Positions 20,273-28,858 of a stretch of 61,468 nucleotides of DNA are shown one piece after another. A model generated the notes under the pieces. That model did no database searches. It saw only the letters and a list, made by a program, of their open reading frames with translations, and was not told the DNA's origin. The position numbers and the translations under genes were made by a program. The stretch lies in IMG/VR virus record IMGVR_UViG_3300027708_000078, positions 1 to 61,468 of that record. One strand, given 5' to 3'. Position 1 is the stretch's first letter. Every line of letters begins with the position of its first letter. The stretch is from a virus (taxonomy: Duplodnaviria > Caudoviricetes).

Positions 20273-21349
20273 ATGATACAAGGAATTAGATTAACAAGTT
20301 CAAATTTATCAGGTAAAACAGCTGATGTAATTTTCAACCCCTCAACAGGTGGTACAATTAATTTAGGTACACAAACCATACCATTTAACAATATTAGTGA
20401 TTACCCATACGGTACTTATGAATTATCAGTTGTGGAATATGATAGAACATATGAAATAAATGTACCTGCACCATTAGATGGACAAAGTGCTTACACTCTT
20501 ACTGTGAGAGGTGTAACAGTAGATGGCGGCGTTCAACCATTTTCAGGCGCGGTATTATCTGAAGTATGGGGAACATATACAACACAATATATTACAGATG
20601 AAGGTATACCATCAACAGATATTGTTTATGCTCAAGGTATTTGTTCTGATGATGTTGATGCCCCAAAAGTACAAGCAAATATTGGTGGATGGCCAAATAG
20701 TATTAATTCATTTTTAGGACCATTTCAATCGGGTGGTTTGGCTGGATATCCATTTGTCGGTAGTGTTGGTTTTGGAGCATTTGCAAGTCACGTAGCAACA
20801 ACATCTGGTGGAACCTTATTTGTTACAAGTATGCCACATATTGGTGTTACTGAAGAAGGTAGTTCAGGTAGAATGTTACGTAGAGGTAAAGCCGATAGTA
20901 CAAACGATAATACTTGTGGTGCAGTATGGGGAGCAATTAACCAAGTTGTAAATGTATTAAGTGCACCCCCAAGTCAAAGTAATCCGCCATTTGATAATGG
21001 TAATTATTCTTTTTGGAAATTAACAGATATTTTATGGCCGTATAAATCAACCTTAACAGGTTTTACAGGTACTGCCGAACAAATATATAACAAACAAATG
21101 ATATTTGCAACAGAAACTATTAGGGATTCTGCATATGATTATATAATAGCGAATTTACCAGGTGCAACCGAAGCAAACACAGAAAATGATGTGTATTTTT
21201 TAAGTGGTATTTTTATTAATAGTGATGTTAGTGCGGGTACAACACAATATGAATCTTATGTTGTTGTTGATAAAGTTATGAAATATGTGTTTGAGGACCA
21301 ATGGTATGATATAACAGATAATTATAAGGCAGGATTACCAATTGACTAA
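20273..21349 (+). CDS. LCIB/LCIC-like (theta-class) carbonic anhydrase domain with extra N-terminal beta-rich domain
   Basis: CSDD (C124), GGLAGYPFVG..GFGAFASHV, PHIG (H189), GRMLRRG, CGA (C215), matching the Cys-His-Cys Zn ligand pattern of the family. Confidence 0.75.
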   Translation: MIQGIRLTSSNLSGKTADVIFNPSTGGTINLGTQTIPFNNISDYPYGTYELSVVEYDRTYEINVPAPLDGQSAYTLTVRGVTVDGGVQPFSGAVLSEVWGTYTTQYITDEGIPSTDIVYAQGICSDDVDAPKVQANIGGWPNSINSFLGPFQSGGLAGYPFVGSVGFGAFASHVATTSGGTLFVTSMPHIGVTEEGSSGRMLRRGKADSTNDNTCGAVWGAINQVVNVLSAPPSQSNPPFDNGNYSFWKLTDILWPYKSTLTGFTGTAEQIYNKQMIFATETIRDSAYDYIIANLPGATEANTENDVYFLSGIFINSDVSAGTTQYESYVVVDKVMKYVFEDQWYDITDNYKAGLPID

Positions 21350-21367
21350 AATTAAAAAATAACAATT

Positions 21368-21634
21368 ATGAGAATTTGTATATTATGTGAAGAATCAAAG
21401 GTTCTTCAAGCAAGAGAAAAAATGAAAAATAATAATATCTTAAAAATAGATTTATCGCCAACTGGAGAATTGCCTGCAACACATAAATTATGTGTTATGG
21501 CAGTTACCGAAGAAAAGGCCAAACAACTTATGGATTCTGCCGAATTAACAATAATTGAGGCGATGAACCCAAGTGAATTTTTAACAAAACATAATCTAAA
21601 AAAAATCGGTAAATACGGATTTGGAAACTTGTAA
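21368..21634 (+). CDS. hypothetical protein
   Basis: 88-aa ORF in operon context, overlaps the next gene. Confidence 0.6.
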   Translation: MRICILCEESKVLQAREKMKNNNILKIDLSPTGELPATHKLCVMAVTEEKAKQLMDSAELTIIEAMNPSEFLTKHNLKKIGKYGFGNL

Positions 21635-22241
21635 GATAAAAAAAAATTTCATCACACAAGATGAGGCAAACCAAATAGTAAATTGGTTAGATTCTGTTAA
21701 TCATACAGGTAGTGATAGTAATCACCATCTTACAGAATTATCTAAATCTCTAAATGGTGTATCTTATATGTTTGATATTTCAAACACACCTTTAACAAAT
21801 TATATTACAAAATTCCAATCAATATCTGATGTATCAAAAGAGGGTTTGCCCTCTTTTATTTTTAACATAATAGATAGAATATCAGAAGAATTTAATTTTC
21901 CAAAAGATAATGTTTTTCTTCAAGCTGTTGATATGAATAAAGGAGGAAAAATAAATCCCCATTATGACGCATCAATAGATGGATATGTTAATTATAAGTG
22001 TAATATTAGTGTATTATCAGAAGATTATGATTTTTATGTGGATAAAGATTCAGTTAAAATACAAAAAACTGATTTATACGGATTTGAGGCGTCTTTATAC
22101 AAACATTGGACAAACGAATTTAATTCAAGAAGAGTTTTTTTAAGTTTTGGGTTTTTATTAAAATATGAAGATGTGGGTAGAGATATGAATGACCCAAGAG
22201 TTAGGTTAAGTAAAAGAATTGAGAAATACTTTCAAAAATAA
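21621..22241 (+). CDS. 2OG-Fe(II) oxygenase superfamily protein
   Basis: N-terminal KNFIT.DE, GGKINPHYD (HxD), distal H (YKHW), R.F.SFG; TTG start. Confidence 0.75.
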   Translation: METCKIKKNFITQDEANQIVNWLDSVNHTGSDSNHHLTELSKSLNGVSYMFDISNTPLTNYITKFQSISDVSKEGLPSFIFNIIDRISEEFNFPKDNVFLQAVDMNKGGKINPHYDASIDGYVNYKCNISVLSEDYDFYVDKDSVKIQKTDLYGFEASLYKHWTNEFNSRRVFLSFGFLLKYEDVGRDMNDPRVRLSKRIEKYFQK

Positions 22242-22262
22242 AATATTTATAAAAAAAAGAAA

Positions 22263-23498
22263 ATGGCAACAAAATACATTGTAAATGATTTAACAGGACA
22301 AACCATAACGGGTAATTTAACAATTAATGGTAATATAATTGTTACTGGTTCATCAAATAATAGTGGTGTCTATAGGGCATTATTAACTCAAACAGGTTCT
22401 ATTAGTGGTACCACTATAAATACTTTTTATGATGGTTTGATTATTGGTGAAACATATACAATCTCAACGTATAATACAGGTGATGACTTTAGCAATATTG
22501 CAAATATCATAAGTGGTGGAACTCTTATGGATTTTGATTATGTTTGGACCTCATCAGCAGTGCCTTATTCGGGTTTTAATGGTCTTACAGGAACAACAAG
22601 TGGTTCGGGTAGTGGAGCCTCTTTTAATGCTTATTGGTGTGGAGCAACAAATACTCACGTTTATCTTCTAACTAGTGGGGTTGATTACGTCGTAGGAGAT
22701 ACAATAACAATATTAGGAACTGAACTTAGTGGTAATACACCTGAAAATGATATGGTAATTACGGTTACTGAGGTTAATCCCAATGTAACAGGTTGTGTGT
22801 TTATAGCAACAGGTGATACACCATCGGTTTGGTCACATTCTTCTCTATTGGTATCTGATGGTGGTTTGATTGTTGATGTACAAGAAAATACTCTTGGTTA
22901 TGACTTATATTGGCAATTGGGGCTTTTTGGTGGTTATGGTACTTATACTGCGTTTAATAATACTACGGGTTCTGTGTATAACGCTTTTAAAAGAGATAAA
23001 GTAGAAGTAACTACAACAAATACATATGCTTTTGATAATGGTCCTGGGCTTCCAGCATTTATTGTACCGTATGTTTCGAATTCATTTGCTAAAGATGATA
23101 GTATTGCTATAGATACGCTTTATGTAGGTGGTGGACCTGGTGGTTATTCGAATGATTTGTTATACTATACACCAGTTGAAATTAAAATTAAACAAGACTT
23201 GGATACAACACCTGTAGAGATATACGGTGAGATAGGCCCATCATTTCCTTTTTCTTATGTGTATACTAATTTATATTGTAGTGGACGTTTTATACAAGAT
23301 TTTTATGCTGCTAATCAATCGACTGTTAATAATATATCTGAATTAATAACATTATTAAATAATGATATTAATAATGTATATGGATTAGTTTATTCTGAAG
23401 GTGGCCCTGGTGGAATTCAGGTGACTATGCCAACAAGCCTTAAAAATCAATTTTGCGCTAATGGTACACTAACATTTATTATTTATAGCGATGATTAA
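22263..23498 (+). CDS. hypothetical virion/fibre-associated protein
   Basis: T/G/S-rich, QTITGNLTINGN fibre motif; shares a module with the 16143 protein; TATTTAT upstream. Confidence 0.55.
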   Translation: MATKYIVNDLTGQTITGNLTINGNIIVTGSSNNSGVYRALLTQTGSISGTTINTFYDGLIIGETYTISTYNTGDDFSNIANIISGGTLMDFDYVWTSSAVPYSGFNGLTGTTSGSGSGASFNAYWCGATNTHVYLLTSGVDYVVGDTITILGTELSGNTPENDMVITVTEVNPNVTGCVFIATGDTPSVWSHSSLLVSDGGLIVDVQENTLGYDLYWQLGLFGGYGTYTAFNNTTGSVYNAFKRDKVEVTTTNTYAFDNGPGLPAFIVPYVSNSFAKDDSIAIDTLYVGGGPGGYSNDLLYYTPVEIKIKQDLDTTPVEIYGEIGPSFPFSYVYTNLYCSGRFIQDFYAANQSTVNNISELITLLNNDINNVYGLVYSEGGPGGIQVTMPTSLKNQFCANGTLTFIIYSDD

Positions 23499-23521
23499 AA
23501 TAAAAAATAAAAAACAATATT

Positions 23522-23761
23522 ATGATAAAATTAATACAAAGAACAACAGATAACAAATACCTTAAATCAGTTGAAACTGAAACTTGGGTTGAGGATATAA
23601 AAGACGCATTTGAAATGACGTATTTTGAATGTGAAACTGCTAAATCCGCATTGGATGGTGTTTTTCTTCCTGAGCAATTAAAAGAAATTGTTAATATGCG
23701 AAAAATAAAACCAATAACTAAAGAAGAAAAAAAAGAGTTGTTAGATTTATTAAAAAGATAA
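23522..23761 (+). CDS. hypothetical protein
   Basis: 79-aa ORF with an A-rich leader. Confidence 0.55.
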   Translation: MIKLIQRTTDNKYLKSVETETWVEDIKDAFEMTYFECETAKSALDGVFLPEQLKEIVNMRKIKPITKEEKKELLDLLKR

Positions 23762-23769
23762 AATTGATT

Positions 23770-23798
23770 TTGACTTAACTGTTTTGGTTGATTATATT
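23770..23798 (+). promoter_or_regulatory. sigma70-like promoter for DNA polymerase
   Basis: TTGACT-N17-TATATT; the same TTGACTTA occurs at 53151 and 58151. Confidence 0.6.
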
Positions 23799-23864
23799 TA
23801 TAAGTAATGAGTAAGGTGAACTTCACAATGTTGTGAAAGCTAATAAACCACTCCTAATTTATAT

Positions 23865-26627
23865 ATGATAGACAGTCAAGAAATTGAATCGTTCCTCCAC
23901 GGAAACGACCCAGAAGAATTTATTGTTGCACTTGAATACGACTACGCTTCAGAGTGCATTTACAAAATCAAAGAAATCCCCGGTAAAGGTAAAGAGATTA
24001 GAAAAGACACGTTCATCCCGTTTGCGTGGGTTGGTGATTTACGTGGTATGAAGTTCTATAATGATTCCAAGGCATTACAAAAAGAGGCGATGTCTAAATA
24101 CGGAATTACTATAGATAAATTAGAAACGGGTGATAATGAAAGAATGAAAAATGGTTTAACTTATATGGTTAAATCACTTAAAGGTTATAGAGCATTATCC
24201 CAATTTTTCCGTGATGGCGGAATAGACCCCTATGGAGAGAAAGGAAAAGAAAAAATACTTATCCTCCCCCCTATTGAGCAGTATCTAATACAAAAAGAAA
24301 AAAGATTATTCAAAGGTTTTGAAGATTATAATGAAGTCACAAGACTTGTATTTGACTTGGAGACAACATCACTTGAACCCAAAGATGGTAGAATCTTTAT
24401 GATTGGAATTAAAACCAATAAGGGTTACCACAGGGTTATTGAGTGTATTGATGAGTCACAAGAGAGAGGTGCAATCATAGAATTTTTTAAAGTTATAGAT
24501 GAATTAAAACCAAGTATAATTGGTGGTTATAACTCCGCAAACTTTGACTGGCATTGGATATTTGAAAGATGTAAAATCTTGGGACTTGATGCTAAAAAGA
24601 TTTGTAAATCTCTTAACCCCGCAAATTCATTCACAAGAAAAGAAAGTATGTTAAAACTTGCAAATGAGGTTGAGGAGTATACTCAAACGTCAATTTGGGG
24701 TTATAATGTTATTGATATTATTCATGCTGTTCGTAGAGCACAGGCTATTAATTCAAGTATCAAATCCGCAGGACTTAAATATATTACCAAATTTATTAAG
24801 GCAGAAGCTGCAGACCGAGTTTACATCGAACACACAGATATTGGAAAGATGTACACCCAAAAGGAAGAGTATTGGTTAAACGTACAAAATGGTAACTACA
24901 AAAAAGCTTCCGAGTATCAAGATTTAGATGTTAAATTCCCTGGTGTATATAAAAAAATAACAGGTGATAAGATTGTTGAGATGTATCTTGATGATGATTT
25001 GGACGAAACATTAAAGGTAGACCAAGAGTACAATCAAGGTTCTTTCTTACTTGCGTCTATGATTCCAACTTCCTATGAGAGAGTTTCAACTATGGGTACT
25101 GCAACGTTATGGAAAATGTTGATGCTTGCTTGGAGTTATAAGAACGGACTTGCAATTCCCGAGAAAGAAAAGAAAACAGATTTTGTGGGAGGACTTTCAA
25201 GATTGTTAAAAGTAGGTTATTCAAAGAATGTTTTGAAACTTGACTTTAGTTCTCTTTATCCTTCAATCCAACTTGTTCACGATGTATTCCCCGAATGTGA
25301 TATTACAGGTGCGATGAAAGGAATGTTAAAATATTTCCGTGACACCCGTATCAAATACAAACAACTTGCCGAACAGCATTATGAAACCGATAAAAAAAAG
25401 TCGGAGTCGTATGGTAATAAACAACTTCCAATTAAAATTTTCATCAACTCAAAATTTGGTGCTTTATCGGCACCACAAGTATATGCGTGGGGTGATATGA
25501 ATTGTGGAGAACAAATTACCTGTACTGGTAGACAATATCTTCGTCAGATGTTAAAGTTTTTTTCAAAAAAAGGATATACCGCACTTGTTTGTGATACAGA
25601 TGGTATGAACTTCTCAATACCTGAAGGTGTTGAAGAAAGAGTGTATATTGGTAAAGGACTTAATTGGAAAGTTAAAGAAGGTAAAGAGTATAAAGGGTAT
25701 TACGCTGATGTTGCAGAATTTAATGATTTATTTCAAAGAGGGGAAATGGCGTTAGATTGCGACGGGACTTGGGATAGTTGTATTAATCTTGCAAGAAAGA
25801 ATTATGCGGTTATGGAATCTAATGGCAAAATTAAACTTACAGGTAATTCAATTAAATCTAAAAAATTGCCTCTTTATATTGAGGACTTCTTGGATGTGGC
25901 GGTTAAACTTTTACTTGAAGGTAAAGGAAAAGAGTTTGTTGAGTATTATTATGTCTACTTACAAAAGATATATGATAAACAAATTCCACTTATGAAAATC
26001 GCACAGAGAGCGAAAGTAAAACTCACGATGGAGGATTATAAGAAAAGGTCAACACAGAAAACAAAGGCGGGTGGTGCGATGTCTATGATGGCGCATATGG
26101 AACTTGCCCTTCAAAATAAATTAAATGTTAATCTTGGCGATGTAATATATTATGTTAATAATGGGGTTAAGGCATCAAATGGAGATGTTCAAAAAATAAC
26201 CAAACCAACAAAGAAATTACAAGAAGAATATATGTTGACCCACGGAAAACCAATTCCTGAAGGTTATGTTCAAATCAATTGTTATATGTTAGAACAAAGT
26301 AAGATTGAATCAAATCCAAATATGACGGGTGAATATAATGTACCAAGAGCAATTACAACCTTCAATAAAAGAATCGAACCTCTCCTTATTTGTTTTGGAC
26401 AAGAGGTTAGAGATGGATTACTTGTTGATGAACCAAAAGACAGAGGAATATTTACAACTCAACAATGTGAACTCATAAATGGTGTCCCGTTTGAACCTGA
26501 AGACCAAGATAATGTTGAAGATTTATTAACAATAACAGATTCGGAGATATTGTTTTGGGATAGAGTTGGGTTAAGCCCAAACTACATTTATGATTTAGCG
26601 GAACCAGGGTGGGAAAAATTTATGTAA
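23865..26627 (+). CDS. family B DNA polymerase
   Basis: ExoI FDLET, ExoII GYNSANFD, motif A DFSSLYPS, motif B K.FINS.FG, motif C DTDG. Confidence 0.95.
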   Translation: MIDSQEIESFLHGNDPEEFIVALEYDYASECIYKIKEIPGKGKEIRKDTFIPFAWVGDLRGMKFYNDSKALQKEAMSKYGITIDKLETGDNERMKNGLTYMVKSLKGYRALSQFFRDGGIDPYGEKGKEKILILPPIEQYLIQKEKRLFKGFEDYNEVTRLVFDLETTSLEPKDGRIFMIGIKTNKGYHRVIECIDESQERGAIIEFFKVIDELKPSIIGGYNSANFDWHWIFERCKILGLDAKKICKSLNPANSFTRKESMLKLANEVEEYTQTSIWGYNVIDIIHAVRRAQAINSSIKSAGLKYITKFIKAEAADRVYIEHTDIGKMYTQKEEYWLNVQNGNYKKASEYQDLDVKFPGVYKKITGDKIVEMYLDDDLDETLKVDQEYNQGSFLLASMIPTSYERVSTMGTATLWKMLMLAWSYKNGLAIPEKEKKTDFVGGLSRLLKVGYSKNVLKLDFSSLYPSIQLVHDVFPECDITGAMKGMLKYFRDTRIKYKQLAEQHYETDKKKSESYGNKQLPIKIFINSKFGALSAPQVYAWGDMNCGEQITCTGRQYLRQMLKFFSKKGYTALVCDTDGMNFSIPEGVEERVYIGKGLNWKVKEGKEYKGYYADVAEFNDLFQRGEMALDCDGTWDSCINLARKNYAVMESNGKIKLTGNSIKSKKLPLYIEDFLDVAVKLLLEGKGKEFVEYYYVYLQKIYDKQIPLMKIAQRAKVKLTMEDYKKRSTQKTKAGGAMSMMAHMELALQNKLNVNLGDVIYYVNNGVKASNGDVQKITKPTKKLQEEYMLTHGKPIPEGYVQINCYMLEQSKIESNPNMTGEYNVPRAITTFNKRIEPLLICFGQEVRDGLLVDEPKDRGIFTTQQCELINGVPFEPEDQDNVEDLLTITDSEILFWDRVGLSPNYIYDLAEPGWEKFM

Positions 26628-26664
26628 AAATACTACTTTTAATAAAATTAAGATATTTATTATT

Positions 26665-26823
26665 ATGGGAAGACCTAAAAAAAACAAAGAAGAAAAAAAA
26701 ATTAAGGTTAGTATTAGTCTTGATAGAGTTTTGTACAATAAAATAAAAGAGGAAAAAATAATGCCTTCCCGTATGATAGAAAAATTAGTTAGAGAATATT
26801 ATGGAAACAAAAATTTGTTGTAG
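26665..26823 (+). CDS. small ribbon-helix-helix-like DNA-binding protein (52 aa, not in ORF track)
   Basis: MGRPKKNKEEKKIKVSISLDRVLYNKIKEEKIMPSRMIEKLVREYYGNKNLL; overlaps the HNH start. Confidence 0.65.
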   Translation: MGRPKKNKEEKKIKVSISLDRVLYNKIKEEKIMPSRMIEKLVREYYGNKNLL

Positions 26824-27379
26824 GTGTAACTTAGAAAAAAAATATTCAGATTTTAATATTTCAAAAAGAAATAAATCCGGATTGAGGGGTGAGTGTAGAG
26901 ATTGCCAAAAATTAACCTATTCGAATAATTCGGAATATTACAAAGAAAAAAGAAAAAAAAGATATTCCGAAAACCCAAAAAAAGAGTTAATTCGTAATAA
27001 AAAATATTATGAACATAAAAAACCTCAAATAATTGAAAATTTAAAAAATAAAAAGAGAGTTGATGAAATGTTGAGAGTTTCTTCTAATTTACGTAGTAGG
27101 ATATCACAATTTGTTAAATCAAATAAAATTCAAAAAGACAATAAAACTTTAGTTATGTTAGGTATTGATTTACCTAATTTTAAAAAATATCTTGAAGGAC
27201 AATTTAAACCGGGAATGTGCTGGGAAAATTATGGTGAATGGCATATAGACCATATTATCCCTTTATATTACGCCAAAACTACTGAAGATTTAAATAAACT
27301 TTGTTATTACACAAATTTACAACCGCTATGGGGTTTTGAAAATTCTTCTAAAAGAAACAAGTTAATTAGGATTGTTTGA
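26801..27379 (+). CDS. HNH homing endonuclease with N-terminal Cys motif
   Basis: KICCRC...ECRDC; WENYGEWHIDHIIPL...YTNLQPLW..EN..K. Confidence 0.85.
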   Translation: METKICCRCNLEKKYSDFNISKRNKSGLRGECRDCQKLTYSNNSEYYKEKRKKRYSENPKKELIRNKKYYEHKKPQIIENLKNKKRVDEMLRVSSNLRSRISQFVKSNKIQKDNKTLVMLGIDLPNFKKYLEGQFKPGMCWENYGEWHIDHIIPLYYAKTTEDLNKLCYYTNLQPLWGFENSSKRNKLIRIV

Positions 27380-27701
27380 GTCCGTCGCTGGATAAAATAT
27401 ACCAGTTCCCTTCACAGAATCTAAACTCAATACAAGCACCTTTATCGGCAACAATCTCGTCGAATTCTTCGTCAATTTTGCCGATATTGGGTTTGATTGT
27501 TACGTGAGTTAAACATTTAATAACCGTATGTTCCGTAGTTTTGGAATCCAAAATAATTTTTGATTGGGGAACTCCCTTAACAATAATACATTCTTCACCT
27601 GTTGTTGAGTAATTGGTTTCGGAAATAATTGATGTTTCAGAAACATTTACAAGTAAATTATTAACTCTTTTTTGTGTTGGTAGTGATTTTATAATTGCCA
27701 T
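27366..27701 (-). CDS. hypothetical virion protein
   Basis: 111-aa ORF in the same direction, directly downstream of the neck gene. Confidence 0.6.
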   Translation of the reverse strand: MAIIKSLPTQKRVNNLLVNVSETSIISETNYSTTGEECIIVKGVPQSKIILDSKTTEHTVIKCLTHVTIKPNIGKIDEEFDEIVADKGACIEFRFCEGNWYILSSDGLKQS

Positions 27702-27707
27702 ACTAAA

Positions 27708-28835
27708 TTATATTACATATATCTGTCTTTGGAAAGCGTTAAATTTCAATTGCTTATTAAGATTTTCAGCTATCAACGCTTCTTTTTCCATTTGTTTTTC
27801 CGGTCTAAGTCTTGTAAGAAGTCCTTCAGCGCCTGTTAATTCTTCAATTAATTTTGACTTTTCATCTTTACCTTCAGTCGCTAAACTTTGATAATCCATT
27901 GTTAATTCACTATCAGGTGTCTTTAAATTACCGCTATACTTTCCTCTAACTCTACCTAAAGTTTCTTTAGCATATGCAAAGAACCATCTTCTAACCCACT
28001 GTTTTGCGGGTTCATTTAAATCTTCCCAACTCATTTCATCCAACGGAACATCTGATGGTAGTCTTATAATATCAGGATTCATCTTAAGACACTTATTTCT
28101 ATCAGGACCCTCAACTTCATAATACCAATACCAAACTTTTGTTCCCACATATGAACTATAAGCATTCCAATTAAATCTACCACCAGGTGTATTCATAAGA
28201 TGAATAAGTTTTTTTCCGTCTTGAATTGCAGTGATTCTATAAGTTAAACTACCTCCAAGTATTCTATTAAGAATATTTGCCTCCTGTGCTCTAACTAAAT
28301 AATCAAAACCCGACATCATAAAGAATGAGCCTTGCCCACCAAATTGTGCGAATCCTGATTGGTTAGCACCAAGACCAACACCATCGTATCCATATCCCAT
28401 CATACCGAAAGGACCAAATAAAGATGAAGTATTGTTTGAATACCAAAGAAGTTCATTCACTTCTCTACCCGCAGGTATTTCATATGTTTGTTGATTTTGA
28501 ACTAATTCAAAATAATCTAACTTAAGTTCCCAAGGACCAACCGCCTGAAGTCCAACTATTTTTGAATATGAATATTGAAATTGTTTCTCAAAATCGTGAG
28601 TTCTTGTAGAGAGTGCTCTTGCCACAGATTTTTGACTCATATCAAGATTAACCAAATTAGTCCAGTTGGTATCTATTAACCAATTCTGAATATATTGTTC
28701 GTAATCTTGAATGGATAATTCCATCAAGGAATCTAACATTTCGTCTGTTAGTTCAATACTTCTGATTGGTGCACCTAAAACGTGTTTCAATCTTGTATAT
28801 ATTTTGCTTCTTTCTGGTTCTTGGATTACTGGCAT
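27708..28835 (-). CDS. neck/head-tail adaptor protein (T4 gp13-like)
   Basis: LGAPIRSIELTDEMLD N-terminus and KETLGRVRGKYSG C-terminal motif resemble the gp13 family. Confidence 0.7.
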   Translation of the reverse strand: MPVIQEPERSKIYTRLKHVLGAPIRSIELTDEMLDSLMELSIQDYEQYIQNWLIDTNWTNLVNLDMSQKSVARALSTRTHDFEKQFQYSYSKIVGLQAVGPWELKLDYFELVQNQQTYEIPAGREVNELLWYSNNTSSLFGPFGMMGYGYDGVGLGANQSGFAQFGGQGSFFMMSGFDYLVRAQEANILNRILGGSLTYRITAIQDGKKLIHLMNTPGGRFNWNAYSSYVGTKVWYWYYEVEGPDRNKCLKMNPDIIRLPSDVPLDEMSWEDLNEPAKQWVRRWFFAYAKETLGRVRGKYSGNLKTPDSELTMDYQSLATEGKDEKSKLIEELTGAEGLLTRLRPEKQMEKEALIAENLNKQLKFNAFQRQIYVI

Positions 28836-28858
28836 ACTAATAAATATTTACAAAAACA

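Noticed and set aside
23865-26627. Intein or intron in the DNA polymerase; motif B NSKFG variant
   Set aside because: The ORF is continuous at 920 aa with no splicing motifs seen; the Y-to-F change alone is weak evidence of altered function
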